A stretch of 64,000 bases of DNA from an uncultured virus (IMG/VR IMGVR_UViG_3300013121_000030) (IMGVR_UViG_3300013121_000030:1-64000), one strand, 5' to 3'; shown: positions 17,434 to 27,561, numbered from the stretch's first letter. Notes: generated by a model from the sequence alone, not told the origin. Translations and numbers: made by a program.

Positions 17434-17863
17434 GGGGGCAAAGATTCCCCCGTTGGAGAGCACCCTGAATGCTCTCCAACGACCTCCCCATTTCCCTGAG
17501 ATCTTCAGAGATGGATTGGATGCGGATTGGGAGGTCCTCACGGAGGTCGCTGTTAGCGACCACCATGTTTTGGATTCGATTGATTCGGCTCGCTTGAGCA
17601 TCGAGACGAATCTCAGCGGCTCGGACCTTGGAGTAGAGCACTACAAACCCCACAACAAAGGCCATTGCGGACAAAGTGATTCCAGCAGTGATGTAAGGAG
17701 ACCAGCGGTCCCGCACCAAACGGATCAAAGTCTCAGATGCGCGGGGCAACACCCCAACCATGGAATCGGAGGGGGATTCTGGTTTCACTCCAAGGCGATG
17801 CACTACCTTCTTCTCTTCTTCTATAGTTGTTGGTGAGAGTGGCACTTCTTCCTCCGTTCCCAA
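17408..17863 (-). CDS. single-TM coiled-coil membrane protein
   Basis: TM YITAGITLSAMAFVVGFVVLY followed by a heptad-like region. Confidence 0.55.
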   Translation of the reverse strand: MGTEEEVPLSPTTIEEEKKVVHRLGVKPESPSDSMVGVLPRASETLIRLVRDRWSPYITAGITLSAMAFVVGFVVLYSKVRAAEIRLDAQASRINRIQNMVVANSDLREDLPIRIQSISEDLREMGRSLESIQGALQRGNLCPPTGSEPSP

Positions 17864-19047
17864 CCCTACCTTTCGCGTTGCCTTTCAACCTTTCACTGCC
17901 TACCTCCCACATCCTGAAGCTGCCTCCTGAGAAAGAAAGTTGCCCATGCTGCACGAAGGCATTTCTAAAATGCCTCAAGTCGGCCGCGATTCCCTATGTG
18001 GGGTGCAGTTGGGTCATCATTGCCAACCGACGAGTCTACTTGGCGTTGTGGAGGGACAGGCCTCCAAGACCCCCACAGACAGCTCAAGTGTGGGACATTT
18101 TTCGGATTGATCCGCCTTCTTGCTCTGGCTGCCCTTCCTCTCAGGTCTCGTTGGGGTGGCAGTGGTGTTGGGAATATGTCATTGATACGATCTATCACGA
18201 TTTATTTCGGAAGTGGATCGACGATGATGTCGACGGGGGAGGACACACCCACACCCTTGTTGGGACTAACCTTTTCAGTCCAGCCTCTTCCTTTCCTCAA
18301 GTTGGGCCTGTGCTCCATTTGGATGCCACTGACACAGCCTCCGTCCAGACCGTTGGGGGAAAAGTAGAGAAGTGGTTCGACAAGAGCACCAAGCAAAACC
18401 ATGCCTTCCAAGCTGCACCTGCATCGCAACCCACACTCCAAGTGGCCTCGTTTCAGGGGATGAACACCATCTCATTTGCTGCAGGAGAATTCTTGGACAT
18501 CTATCTCAAGGCACAAAGCGCTTGGCACCTCTTTATCGTTGGGAGATATGACCCCCTCTTGGGGGTTCGGGGGACATTCTTTTCCGCAACAGGAGCGGAG
18601 GCCCCATTCTCGGGGTTCGAGGCAAAGATTTACCAACTAACGTCGGGTCTCCTTCAAGGAACTTCGTTCACGTGGGTCAATCCTAGCGAAATCTCACTCC
18701 TGGATGTCCAGCTCCCCCCAGCCACGTGGGGGATTCTTGAATGGTCCGAGGACCAAGAAAGGATCCAGATTGGCCAGAATGGCTATGTGTCCCACATGGG
18801 GACCAGTCCTGGGGAAGACTCCATGTGGGACCCAACCCAACAGACTGGGGGCAACCAAATCCCTCTTCGGGCAGCTATTGGCCGTTCAGTGTGGGGGATG
18901 GGAGGGGTTCAGCCGTGGGATTACTTGGATGGGGGAGTGGCGGAAGTGGTGTTGTATCCTCAGGTCCTTTCATCGGGGCAAAGAATCCAGGTCCTGAATG
19001 TCCTCCGCAGCAAGTGGGGTTTGGGGGCACCGATGCCACTCCCGTGA
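17827..19047 (+). CDS. LamG/concanavalin-like domain virion protein (start uncertain)
   Basis: LHLDA..V..W.DKS...NHA.Q....QPT ... GGVAEVVLYPQVLS..R..V...L.SKWG, typical of phage LamG-like domains. Confidence 0.7.
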   Translation: MLVRVALLPPFPTLPFALPFNLSLPTSHILKLPPEKESCPCCTKAFLKCLKSAAIPYVGCSWVIIANRRVYLALWRDRPPRPPQTAQVWDIFRIDPPSCSGCPSSQVSLGWQWCWEYVIDTIYHDLFRKWIDDDVDGGGHTHTLVGTNLFSPASSFPQVGPVLHLDATDTASVQTVGGKVEKWFDKSTKQNHAFQAAPASQPTLQVASFQGMNTISFAAGEFLDIYLKAQSAWHLFIVGRYDPLLGVRGTFFSATGAEAPFSGFEAKIYQLTSGLLQGTSFTWVNPSEISLLDVQLPPATWGILEWSEDQERIQIGQNGYVSHMGTSPGEDSMWDPTQQTGGNQIPLRAAIGRSVWGMGGVQPWDYLDGGVAEVVLYPQVLSSGQRIQVLNVLRSKWGLGAPMPLP

Positions 19048-19107
19048 CCTGGGTATAGGGCACTGCGCGGGTCACGTCCGCAGTCTCTCACCCAACCACA
19101 ATCCACA

Positions 19108-20127
19108 ATGAAACAGCCAACATTCGTCAAGAAGACTATCACCCCGAGCGAAGCCATGGAGATGCTTACCAAGGCATCGGCGAATCGCTCTCTCTCTCGT
19201 CAGACGGTCATCCGTTATCGGGACGAGATGATTAGCGACAACTGGCAGCTCACCTACGAGACTATCAAGTTCGATGGCGATGGCCGCCTTTTTGATGGCC
19301 AGCACCGACTGGCAGCTTGTGTGGAGGCGAATGTTCCCTTCACCACTTACGTGGTCTATGGGGCGGATCCTTCTGCAACAACCTCCCTGGACACGGGACG
19401 GCGTCGAACCAACGGGGATTTCCTTGGCATCAAGGGGATTCGCCACGGGACGGCCAAGTCCGCAATCGCCAAGTTCCTCCGGGATCTCCTCCTCATCGAG
19501 GATGGGAAGTGCTCCATTCCTTCCTTCGGGAAGCGGCAGCTTCCGCAGAAGGAGCTTCTTACTTTCGTGAGTCAGAACGGACCGCTTCTGGAGGAGGCAA
19601 TCTCCTACGTCTTCTCTGGCAGCGGAAATAACCTCCTTCAGTCTCCCTCCGTGTTCGGGGCTCTGTTCCTGAGGTTCTCCATGGTGCTCCCGGTCCACAC
19701 CAAGGACTTTTACGAGACGTTGCTGAATAGCGCAGGCTCCAAGTCTGGCTATCACGACAACTTCTACACGGACGGCCATTGGGATCGGAATCCGATCTTC
19801 GCACTCCGAATTGTCCTGGAGGAGATGGAGGAGCGGAAGCACTCATCCCACACCAAGGGTCGGGTTCGGCCGGAGGCCCTTGTCAACGTCACGATTCGGG
19901 CCTGGAATGCCTGGATCGAGGGTGAAACTCTCACCCCCAACGAGTTGCTCTCCTCGGTTCGGGAGGCGTGGCCCGAGATCAAGATCTCGGGTGCTCGTGC
20001 CCCCGCAAAGGTCCAGGAGACGCACGTCACCATGGCGATCCCCAAGGATCGCCCCAAGCGCCGTATCGTGGGAGCAGCCGCTGCCGCTCAGGCAGCCAAG
20101 CTCAAGGGTTCGCGGTCGGGACTCTGA
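19108..20127 (+). CDS. DGQHR (ParB/DndB-like) domain protein
   Basis: ITP..A..ML...NR.L....V..Y..EM...W....I.FD..G.L.DGQHRL.A. Confidence 0.8.
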   Translation: MKQPTFVKKTITPSEAMEMLTKASANRSLSRQTVIRYRDEMISDNWQLTYETIKFDGDGRLFDGQHRLAACVEANVPFTTYVVYGADPSATTSLDTGRRRTNGDFLGIKGIRHGTAKSAIAKFLRDLLLIEDGKCSIPSFGKRQLPQKELLTFVSQNGPLLEEAISYVFSGSGNNLLQSPSVFGALFLRFSMVLPVHTKDFYETLLNSAGSKSGYHDNFYTDGHWDRNPIFALRIVLEEMEERKHSSHTKGRVRPEALVNVTIRAWNAWIEGETLTPNELLSSVREAWPEIKISGARAPAKVQETHVTMAIPKDRPKRRIVGAAAAAQAAKLKGSRSGL

Positions 20128-20140
20128 GGAGGGGTAGGCT

Positions 20141-21385
20141 ATGGTCACCTTCGCTTCTCCAAAGATCGTGGAGGAAGTCCGCACAGCGATCGAGGCGAAG
20201 GTCGCCGTGCCCTCTCTCCTCCAAAATCCCCCCAGTGGCCTCAGAATGGCCACGAGCAACCAAATCCTCACGATTTGGGGCTATCTCCAATGTCGTGGGG
20301 ATTTGGAAAGTGTCATCTCGGGCATTGAGGAATATCGTCGAGAGGACTTCCCCAAGTTTCGAGACTTTGCCACAAAGTGGGAGTGGAACCGCGATTACCA
20401 CACCCAGTCTCTCTCCTTCTTCATGGCTCTTCTTCGAGAGGTCCCGTCGTTCAAGGGGACCTATCTCAATGCAGACTCGATCCTGAGAAGTTCCCGGACG
20501 TTTCGGCAGATGCATTCTTCACCACAGCCCAACGGCTCTGCTGAGGAAATGCGAAGCGATATCATCCGTATCTTGGCATTGTGTGGCATCACGGATTTGT
20601 CCGTAGGGGGGCAAATCGTGGATCCAGGGCCCGAGGAGACCTTGGCGATCCGAAAGATCGCCGAGGAACGGTTCGGGTTGGACCCGAAACATCGAATGCC
20701 GATTATGGGGACTGTCTGCCAGATCCTGCTCCGCTTTGGGATCCGCACATCCTCTTCGGTCCACAAAACAAAAAAAACCCGTCGCCGTGTCCACTCACTG
20801 AGTCCCCAAGATCTGGCAGTCTTGGGTGTGAAGCCGCCATCCTCCGAACTGAAACCTGTGCCCATGGGGTTCTCGGATGAGGAGAAGGATTTCATCTACC
20901 TCCTCACCCTTGGCGGGCGCACCCCAAGCCAAGTCAAGCAGATTACGGGTGTGATCAATCTTCAAATCTACCTCCCGCGTCTCCAGCGTCGGCTTCAACT
21001 GGTTGAATCCCTACCTCCGATCCACGAGAAGAATCTCCGGTCCTACCTGGAAACCTACAAGGTAATCCCCTACCTCATAAGTCAGGTGGCGGTCGCGGTG
21101 ATGGAGAATGGCGGATATGACTTCGATGTACCATCGAAGACAAGGGATTTGTGGATAAACGTCAAGACGTACCTGCCAAATGGTCCTGAAAAGGACTTCA
21201 TTGATAGGGTAGTCTCTCGGATCGGAGATTTCCGGCTTTACCACTTTCGTGGGCAAACCACTCCGTTCAGAGTAAAGATGCGTGACGATACGATCGTTTC
21301 CCCCTCTGTGATCGCCGGGTTGCGTGTCAAGGATGGCCACATTTGCCATCTTCGGAAGTGGGGGGCTGTACATGTCGCAAAGTAG
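20141..21385 (+). CDS. hypothetical protein (possible DNA-binding)
   Basis: 414-aa ORF with SD GAGGAGG; basic patch and HTH-like segment. Confidence 0.6.
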   Translation: MVTFASPKIVEEVRTAIEAKVAVPSLLQNPPSGLRMATSNQILTIWGYLQCRGDLESVISGIEEYRREDFPKFRDFATKWEWNRDYHTQSLSFFMALLREVPSFKGTYLNADSILRSSRTFRQMHSSPQPNGSAEEMRSDIIRILALCGITDLSVGGQIVDPGPEETLAIRKIAEERFGLDPKHRMPIMGTVCQILLRFGIRTSSSVHKTKKTRRRVHSLSPQDLAVLGVKPPSSELKPVPMGFSDEEKDFIYLLTLGGRTPSQVKQITGVINLQIYLPRLQRRLQLVESLPPIHEKNLRSYLETYKVIPYLISQVAVAVMENGGYDFDVPSKTRDLWINVKTYLPNGPEKDFIDRVVSRIGDFRLYHFRGQTTPFRVKMRDDTIVSPSVIAGLRVKDGHICHLRKWGAVHVAK

Positions 21386-21734
21386 AGATCCCCGCATGGA
21401 GAAATTGTCATCGTTTCTCCAAGTAAAAACATCTCAAGATGTCCTCGCAGTGGGCATTGCTGGGGGCACCAGCACTCGTTCTCCAACAACAACTAGTTGG
21501 GGAGCGATTTTTCAGTCTGCTTTCCGAATCATGGAGATGACGAAGGAAGACCCAAATATCATCTTGGGGGATGCCTCCCAAAATGAGTTGTCACCTCAGG
21601 TCCGGGTGATGGGGGTATGCCACCCACAGGGAATCCCTGTTGTATGTGCAGTGGTTAGGAACAGCCCAACCATCAAGGGGATGAGTCAATCTCTTCGACG
21701 TCTTTCCCTTCGTCTTGGGAGAGTCCCCCAATAG
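21372..21734 (+). CDS. hypothetical protein
   Basis: ORF overlapping the previous stop. Confidence 0.45.
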   Translation: MSQSRDPRMEKLSSFLQVKTSQDVLAVGIAGGTSTRSPTTTSWGAIFQSAFRIMEMTKEDPNIILGDASQNELSPQVRVMGVCHPQGIPVVCAVVRNSPTIKGMSQSLRRLSLRLGRVPQ

Positions 21735-22317
21735 GTTCTGGGAGATTTGAAGTGATAGCCCACTCTAAACAGTGGGCTATCGCTTCATGCATGCTGAGCC
21801 CCCATCCTGGGCTTACATAGATGGAAGGCATTCCTTCCTGAACTTTGACCTCTTTGCATAGGGACCCATCCCCATAAGAACAATGGGATCCCTTTTTCCA
21901 CAGGGATACGGACCCTTGTCTTGATAGTCCCACGGGGGGTCTGAGGGAGACCCCAATCGAAGGGCACCTCAACAAATATCCCAAAAAGCTGGCAACCCCA
22001 CACCCTGTTGGGTGTGACACTCCATGTCCTGGCACAAAAATGAGATCAGGAACCCATGGGGCCACCAATCTTCCCCAAGCTTGAACGACTGCAAACTCAA
22101 GGACCGTAGGGTCCTCTTCCAACGTTTGAGAGGTAGTGCGGATCACATGGCGGTTGGAGGAGGAGAAGAGACTGGCCGAGGCCTCCTTCGTGGAGGAACG
22201 AAAGGAGACCCCAACTACTCGCTGAGGCTTCGGGCTCCGCCTACAAGTTGGGGCCAGCGCACGTTGGATTGCGCGCCACTCTTCTGGAGAGGAAGGCTCT
22301 GCCTTCTCTAGTCCCAT
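21673..22317 (-). CDS. endonuclease V (Nfi)-like protein, catalytic residues degenerate
   Basis: PDLIFVPGHGVSHP..CGVAS.LG....PSIGV and IYVSPG...LPEPI match Nfi, but the catalytic Asp positions are altered. Confidence 0.75.
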   Translation of the reverse strand: MGLEKAEPSSPEEWRAIQRALAPTCRRSPKPQRVVGVSFRSSTKEASASLFSSSNRHVIRTTSQTLEEDPTVLEFAVVQAWGRLVAPWVPDLIFVPGHGVSHPTGCGVASFLGYLLRCPSIGVSLRPPVGLSRQGSVSLWKKGSHCSYGDGSLCKEVKVQEGMPSIYVSPGWGLSMHEAIAHCLEWAITSNLPEPIGGLSQDEGKDVEEIDSSP

Positions 22318-23027
22318 TTTTTCCGGCTCTTTTCGACTTCATGGAGCACCTTGTGGATGTGCATCATGAAGTCGTAGTATGGCCGAGCCAAGTCGTCATA
22401 GCCTCCGATGAAACGCTTGGTGAGACGATGGCCGCGAGGATCTTGCTGGCCTGTGCTGTAGACATAGACATCGAACACGACTACGGGATCATCTGCCTGA
22501 CCCCTAGTCAGGCGAAACAGATCGCTGCGTTTGAGAAAGCGATATAGGACCAGCATCTTGCTGGGAGCATCTGATTCGAGGTCTGTGACCCCAAAATCGA
22601 ACATGCTCTTTACGGGGTCGTACTCCACGTGATACTTCCGAGCTACCTTCAGCAACATCTGATCAAAAAAGTGGGGCTTGAATGGTTTCGGTAGATCTTT
22701 GACTCCATGGTAGGTCAGGTCCTTCTCTCGAAGGTTGTTGAAGGCAACCTTCATCCTCCACTGGGTGGCCACCACCCAAGCAGAAGCGACGCGAGAAGCC
22801 ATGTAGAGTCTGCGCTTTGTTTCGTGTCGGCGCTTGCTTCGTAATTTCTTGTACATTGGGTTGTTCTTCAGCTTTTTATAGCGCATCTTCTGCTGACGAC
22901 GCAGCTTGGCCCGATTTCGACGTCTGTAGCGTTGGAGTTGGCGTCTTTTCTTGGGGTCTCGGATGCGGTGTCGAGGTTTCCACTGGAGTTGTGGATGGTA
23001 AGTTGCTTCTTTTTCGTCCTCGTCCAT
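22308..23027 (-). CDS. basic (Arg/Lys-rich) protein with RVA/KVA motifs
   Basis: From MDEDEKEA just after the endolysin stop; very basic N-half, then MASRVASAW...MKVAF. Confidence 0.6.
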   Translation of the reverse strand: MDEDEKEATYHPQLQWKPRHRIRDPKKRRQLQRYRRRNRAKLRRQQKMRYKKLKNNPMYKKLRSKRRHETKRRLYMASRVASAWVVATQWRMKVAFNNLREKDLTYHGVKDLPKPFKPHFFDQMLLKVARKYHVEYDPVKSMFDFGVTDLESDAPSKMLVLYRFLKRSDLFRLTRGQADDPVVVFDVYVYSTGQQDPRGHRLTKRFIGGYDDLARPYYDFMMHIHKVLHEVEKSRKKWD

Positions 23028-23031
23028 ATCC

Positions 23032-24060
23032 TCACCACATCCTGTACTTGCTCGTCCGCGAGGGATCCCATTCCTTGGGGATGGGGTATCCGCCCAAACA
23101 GTATTTGTCCCCACCATCCGTCAACCCATAGACACGTTGGGCCCACAACCCAATCTCATTCCAAACTCGGCTCCCTGGGTCAGATGGCCGACTTTTGCTT
23201 GATTGGCGGTGCGCAAAGATGTTTTGGATTTTCCCGCCGTGAGTGTGGACCGTCGCCAAGACCCATTCGATAGCTTTCTTGGTGGCTTCTACTTGTTCAG
23301 GGGTCACGACCAGAGGACGTCTGTTGGGCTGCTGTTTTGGCCTCCAATAGGTCTTTGGGTCACCCTCTACTCCCTCGAAATGTCCGTCGATTTCAATGCC
23401 AACCGTGTGGGAGTTGAAAGCGTTCCCATGGTAGACGATCTGATTGAGCCCATTGACGAGGACTACTCTTCCGTTTTTGGGGACGGCGAGGTGACAACGA
23501 ACGTTTTTATACCGCGTGGGCACAACACCCAGTTCTGTCGCCGTTTGGTGGAGAGTGATCCCTGTGATTGTGGCCCACTCTCTCTTTCTTTTTGAAGAGA
23601 GGCCTGCCGCATCTTCGGACACGAGACGGGTAAGAAACCCAACTTCGGTTGGTGTTGGGAGATCAATGGCATTTTTGATCCGCCCGTTTAGATAAGATTG
23701 GCGGATCGACTCGTAGGTTTGTGGACCTACCCCGCGAACACGAAGGGCATGCTCCTTCTCTTTGAGGCCATGATCTTCCTGGTAGTCACAGACCGCCGAG
23801 AGAGTCTCAGTCCCCAATTCCCCATCGATGCCGAATCGGGGCAGCGAGTATCCCAAGAAAACCAACCACCCTTGGAGATCCTCAACTTGAGTCCCTTCCT
23901 CGCCCTCAACAAGGCTCAGATGGACTTGCCCCAATCCCCATTCTGTCGGGGACCTCGAAAAAGGCTCCCGGCTGAGAAGGTCGCTTTCCTCCTTACTCAG
24001 TGAAGATGGTGAGGATTCCCTCACTCTTTTTAGGATAGATTCAATCCACCTCATAGACAT
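23032..24060 (-). CDS. endolysin: peptidoglycan-binding domain plus Amidase_2 (N-acetylmuramoyl-L-alanine amidase)
   Basis: G..V..LQ..L..LGY...GIDG.LG..T..AV..YQ..HGL; ITLHQTA, YHGNAFNSHTVGIEIDG, AHRQ..SDPG. Confidence 0.85.
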   Translation of the reverse strand: MSMRWIESILKRVRESSPSSLSKEESDLLSREPFSRSPTEWGLGQVHLSLVEGEEGTQVEDLQGWLVFLGYSLPRFGIDGELGTETLSAVCDYQEDHGLKEKEHALRVRGVGPQTYESIRQSYLNGRIKNAIDLPTPTEVGFLTRLVSEDAAGLSSKRKREWATITGITLHQTATELGVVPTRYKNVRCHLAVPKNGRVVLVNGLNQIVYHGNAFNSHTVGIEIDGHFEGVEGDPKTYWRPKQQPNRRPLVVTPEQVEATKKAIEWVLATVHTHGGKIQNIFAHRQSSKSRPSDPGSRVWNEIGLWAQRVYGLTDGGDKYCLGGYPIPKEWDPSRTSKYRMW

Positions 24061-24086
24061 GCCTGTTCCCACTCAAAGGCGGGATA

Positions 24087-25301
24087 TTATCTATCCATTC
24101 GAGGGATGCGATGGTTCAGAACCTCTTGGAGTGAACTGCTGTCCTCTTTGGGCCCGTTTTCTTCCGACAAGAGTTGATTGAGCCTGGACATGTCGATTGG
24201 GACGGTTGGGGCCACTGTGTCTCCTCGGGCTTCGAGGTTTCCTGGAAGGATGGTCTTGGTAGCCAGATATTTTTCATAGGCGCTATTCCTACCTTCGCCA
24301 TAATAGACCTGGACAGGTTGTGGCCTCATGAACCGATCCATCTCCTCTGGCGTCAGAGTGCGAAGGATCTCTGGTTTGCCGACATTTCGATTGCTTTCCT
24401 CCTCCATTGCCACTCGGAGAGCCTCAGCACGATCAATCTCCATTTGCTCTCGGGCTTGGACTTCGTCTCGGATTCTGTTTTTGACGGACTCCACGATTCG
24501 GTCGTGGTCATCCAGGTTCCCTCGAACCCAGTTCTTCATCTCCTCTTGGAGTTCCTCAAACGTCTCCGCCTTGCGGACTTCGCGGATAGACATCTCTCGG
24601 TCTTTCCCGCGCAATTTAGGGATGACACCCAACGCCTCCCAAAAAGTCCTGTCCTGAATCTTGGCTCGTCTTTCTCGAAGTTCCCGCTCCCGCTCGCGGT
24701 CCTTATCGCTGAGCTTCTTGATCCCCTTGGGGGCATGTGGGCCCACCATGAACTTCACCATGGTCCATTGGTGTTCGCGGTTTTCGCGCTCATCCTCCAT
24801 GGTGTTGTAGAGGATCCAATACTTCTGGACGGCGTTGATTGTTGATGGCCAAGAGACCCCAAAGGCCGGCTCAAGGATGTGTCGTCCCTCGCTCTTCCAC
24901 AGCTCGCGGGACTCAGACTCGTAGAAATAAGATTCGAGGAGGTCCAACGCGAGCTGGACTCGCTCAGCGAGCCTCAACACCATGGTAAAGAGGACACGCA
25001 TGGTCGAAGTGGGCAATCCGCGCAAAACCTGGTAAGCCCGAAGAAGGGGTTCTTGAGTCCCCACAAGGATTTGGCCGTCGATCATCCAAATCGACATTGC
25101 AACTGCCCACGGTCTCCATTCGGCTTGGACAGATGCAACACGCTGTTGAAGAAGAAAAAAATCTTGAGGGTGGAGGGAACGCATTGTGAGATGCGTTTTC
25201 CCCACCTTGGCGGTTACGGACAAAAAGCCGGGAGAGAGGAGAAGCCGTAAGTCCTGGTAGATCTCCCGGCGCTGTGCCGCGGTTGTGGATGGGAGGCTCA
25301 A
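24087..25301 (-). CDS. putative tail assembly chaperone-like protein
   Basis: MRSL...AVAMSIWMIDG N-terminus similar to the upstream gene; TTG overlaps the upstream stop. Confidence 0.4.
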   Translation of the reverse strand: MSLPSTTAAQRREIYQDLRLLLSPGFLSVTAKVGKTHLTMRSLHPQDFFLLQQRVASVQAEWRPWAVAMSIWMIDGQILVGTQEPLLRAYQVLRGLPTSTMRVLFTMVLRLAERVQLALDLLESYFYESESRELWKSEGRHILEPAFGVSWPSTINAVQKYWILYNTMEDERENREHQWTMVKFMVGPHAPKGIKKLSDKDRERERELRERRAKIQDRTFWEALGVIPKLRGKDREMSIREVRKAETFEELQEEMKNWVRGNLDDHDRIVESVKNRIRDEVQAREQMEIDRAEALRVAMEEESNRNVGKPEILRTLTPEEMDRFMRPQPVQVYYGEGRNSAYEKYLATKTILPGNLEARGDTVAPTVPIDMSRLNQLLSEENGPKEDSSSLQEVLNHRIPRMDR

Positions 25302-26452
25302 CGTCCCTTGAAGCGAGGATTATTCAGATCGGGATTCAACTGAACCTTTGATAGGTCAGGTTTTGGGGTCTTCCTCAACTCTTGGGACTGTCCACTCCAA
25401 ACGGAGTCCTCAGGTACCTGTTGTCCCCAACGTTGGGGATGAGGGGCTTCGTTCTGATAGGGAACCTCCTTTGTGTTTAGGACGGCGTTGTGGAGATTTG
25501 CAGCCTCTCGAAGGCCCTGCACTCTGGGGTCAGTCGCGCGCGACTTGGCGGCGAATTGCTGTGCCAGCCGCTGGTGGCGTACAATCTCAGCCTCCACCGA
25601 GGCTTCAGGATTTGCATCATCCAGGAAGGTGTTGTCTGGCAAGATTCTCTCTTCCATGCTCTCCAACTCACTCGGCTTCTCCTCCTGTGGAGGGGAGGGG
25701 GGACGCGAGATAGGAGAAGCCTGGACTCCCGTAAATGCCTTCTGTCGCCGTGGTGGTTGGGGAGGTTCTTGCTGCTGGGTTTCCTCTTGGGGTGCAAGTG
25801 CGGGCGGAGTGATCTCCTGTTCGGGGACCAATCCCTCAATGTTGACATCCGGAAGAGATCCCCCCTTGGCGTAAGCCAAGGCATCTTCAAAGGTCTTCTG
25901 GGACCACCCCTTGGTAGCTGCGGACTTGTCTTCCCGAGCCTTCTTGAGTTCGTCCAAACGCTCCTCTGAGCGCTTGATTTCAGCCTCCAAATCCATAGGT
26001 TCAAACCGAACCCGATCTGCGGCTTTTGAAGACAAGCGAGCTACGGTCTCTGTCACAGCGACAAAAACCCTGGTAATCAAAGGTTTTGTCCAATGCTGGA
26101 GAATCACATCTCGAATAACATCGATGCGGTCTCGAAGCTGAGGCAAGCCAGAGGGAAGAATAACTCCAGTCTCAATCTCAGCCGATCTCAGATCTTGATC
26201 CCCAATCTGAACAACTGCCGCTGCGATGGTCATCACGTGGATCCTAAACAAGAAGTCCATGGTGGCGACCTTGGCGGGGCGAGAACCTTCCTGGAAGGCG
26301 AGGGACGCATATTCAAGAAGGGCAATCTCATCCTCTCCCCGCAGGGGGCGGACAACCATCTGAAGATCTCCAACAAAGATCTTCTCCTCCTCTTGGAGGA
26401 TGGATTCCACGCGCGCAAGGGCCTTCTCTACCAATTCCAGACGGATGGGCAT
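25298..26452 (-). CDS. putative tail assembly chaperone-like protein with Pro/Gln-rich tail
   Basis: VVRPLRGEDEIALL..IAAAVVQIGD pattern; coiled coil followed by a disordered C-terminus. Confidence 0.4.
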   Translation of the reverse strand: MPIRLELVEKALARVESILQEEEKIFVGDLQMVVRPLRGEDEIALLEYASLAFQEGSRPAKVATMDFLFRIHVMTIAAAVVQIGDQDLRSAEIETGVILPSGLPQLRDRIDVIRDVILQHWTKPLITRVFVAVTETVARLSSKAADRVRFEPMDLEAEIKRSEERLDELKKAREDKSAATKGWSQKTFEDALAYAKGGSLPDVNIEGLVPEQEITPPALAPQEETQQQEPPQPPRRQKAFTGVQASPISRPPSPPQEEKPSELESMEERILPDNTFLDDANPEASVEAEIVRHQRLAQQFAAKSRATDPRVQGLREAANLHNAVLNTKEVPYQNEAPHPQRWGQQVPEDSVWSGQSQELRKTPKPDLSKVQLNPDLNNPRFKGR

Positions 26453-26460
26453 GACGAATC

Positions 26461-27339
26461 CTACCGATTGAAACGGTCCGGCCAGATGTAATCTAGCAAC
26501 CCTGCTCCCAATCGAGGATCAGGAGATGCCCACCCCATGCCAAAAAGACTCATGTTTGGGTGTTCGCCGAGAGAAAAAGCCCCCAGAGTCGAAGGCCACC
26601 AAACCGGACCTCCGGTCACTCGGTTGTGGACCATCCTCAATCCTGCAACCTTCCCCAAACGATCCCAGATTTCTTGGAAGTGTCTCCACTCTTGGGTGGT
26701 GGAAGTCACCACCAGAACAGGGGACCAAAAAACATCAATCTCCCTGAGTTTTGGGTGAGCTTGGGAGGAATCCTGCCGAGGATGCCCCAAATTTTGGCAG
26801 AATGAAAGAACGATCCCTGAAAGGCCGCCAATGCCTGACGGACAATCGAAGATGAGGATCTTTTTCTGATAGGGGGAAGACACCCCTACAATAAGGTCCT
26901 CAATCTTGCGGGTAAGAACCTCTTCAGTCAAACCCCAGTGAGCTGCACTGGGGCGTGCTGTGATGATCCGAAGGTTGGCAGGAGCATTCACAACCTTCCA
27001 CAGAATTGATCGAATGTCGAACTCACGCTCATCTGGCCAATCCTTCTCAGGCCACAAGAGAAAGGTGGAAAAGTCCACCTTTTCCTGAAGAGTCCGAGTC
27101 TCGTCTTCCGTGCAATGCCCTGTGGGCGGGAAACTCCCATGAGGACGTCCATCCCAGCGAGTCGCCCGCAGGGGCATTCCCTGCCCCACAGAAGCCCCCG
27201 TGAGGTCCAAATCCACAAGGATGACTTCCACATCGGGATTGCGGCGAGCCAGGCCATAAGCCGAAATGACGGCCAGGGTTGATTTACCAACACCCCCCAT
27301 GAGGGAGTGAAACGAGATACAGTGCATGGATCCGCTCAC
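26461..27339 (-). CDS. ParA/MinD-family ATPase
   Basis: SFHSLMGGVGKST, LVDLD and IFDCPSG motifs. Confidence 0.8.
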   Translation of the reverse strand: MSGSMHCISFHSLMGGVGKSTLAVISAYGLARRNPDVEVILVDLDLTGASVGQGMPLRATRWDGRPHGSFPPTGHCTEDETRTLQEKVDFSTFLLWPEKDWPDEREFDIRSILWKVVNAPANLRIITARPSAAHWGLTEEVLTRKIEDLIVGVSSPYQKKILIFDCPSGIGGLSGIVLSFCQNLGHPRQDSSQAHPKLREIDVFWSPVLVVTSTTQEWRHFQEIWDRLGKVAGLRMVHNRVTGGPVWWPSTLGAFSLGEHPNMSLFGMGWASPDPRLGAGLLDYIWPDRFNR

Positions 27340-27342
27340 GGA

Positions 27343-27561
27343 TCACAATGTACCAGGTGAGTCCTTCCCCAAGAGCCTTCGGAGCTGACCCGCAGTGATA
27401 CAGATGACCATGGAGTCCCCCATCGACCCCAAGTCATCCTCTTCATCGCCCGTCCAGATCCATGTGGTGGATGAAGCCTCACGCAGCTCCTTTCGGAGTG
27501 CCTCGATTTCCTTGTCCCGATGTTCCAGGACAGCCATAAGTGCTTGAGTTGAAGGTGCCAT
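27343..27561 (-). CDS. hypothetical protein
   Basis: 72-aa ORF downstream of a promoter-like element. Confidence 0.55.
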   Translation of the reverse strand: MAPSTQALMAVLEHRDKEIEALRKELREASSTTWIWTGDEEDDLGSMGDSMVICITAGQLRRLLGKDSPGTL

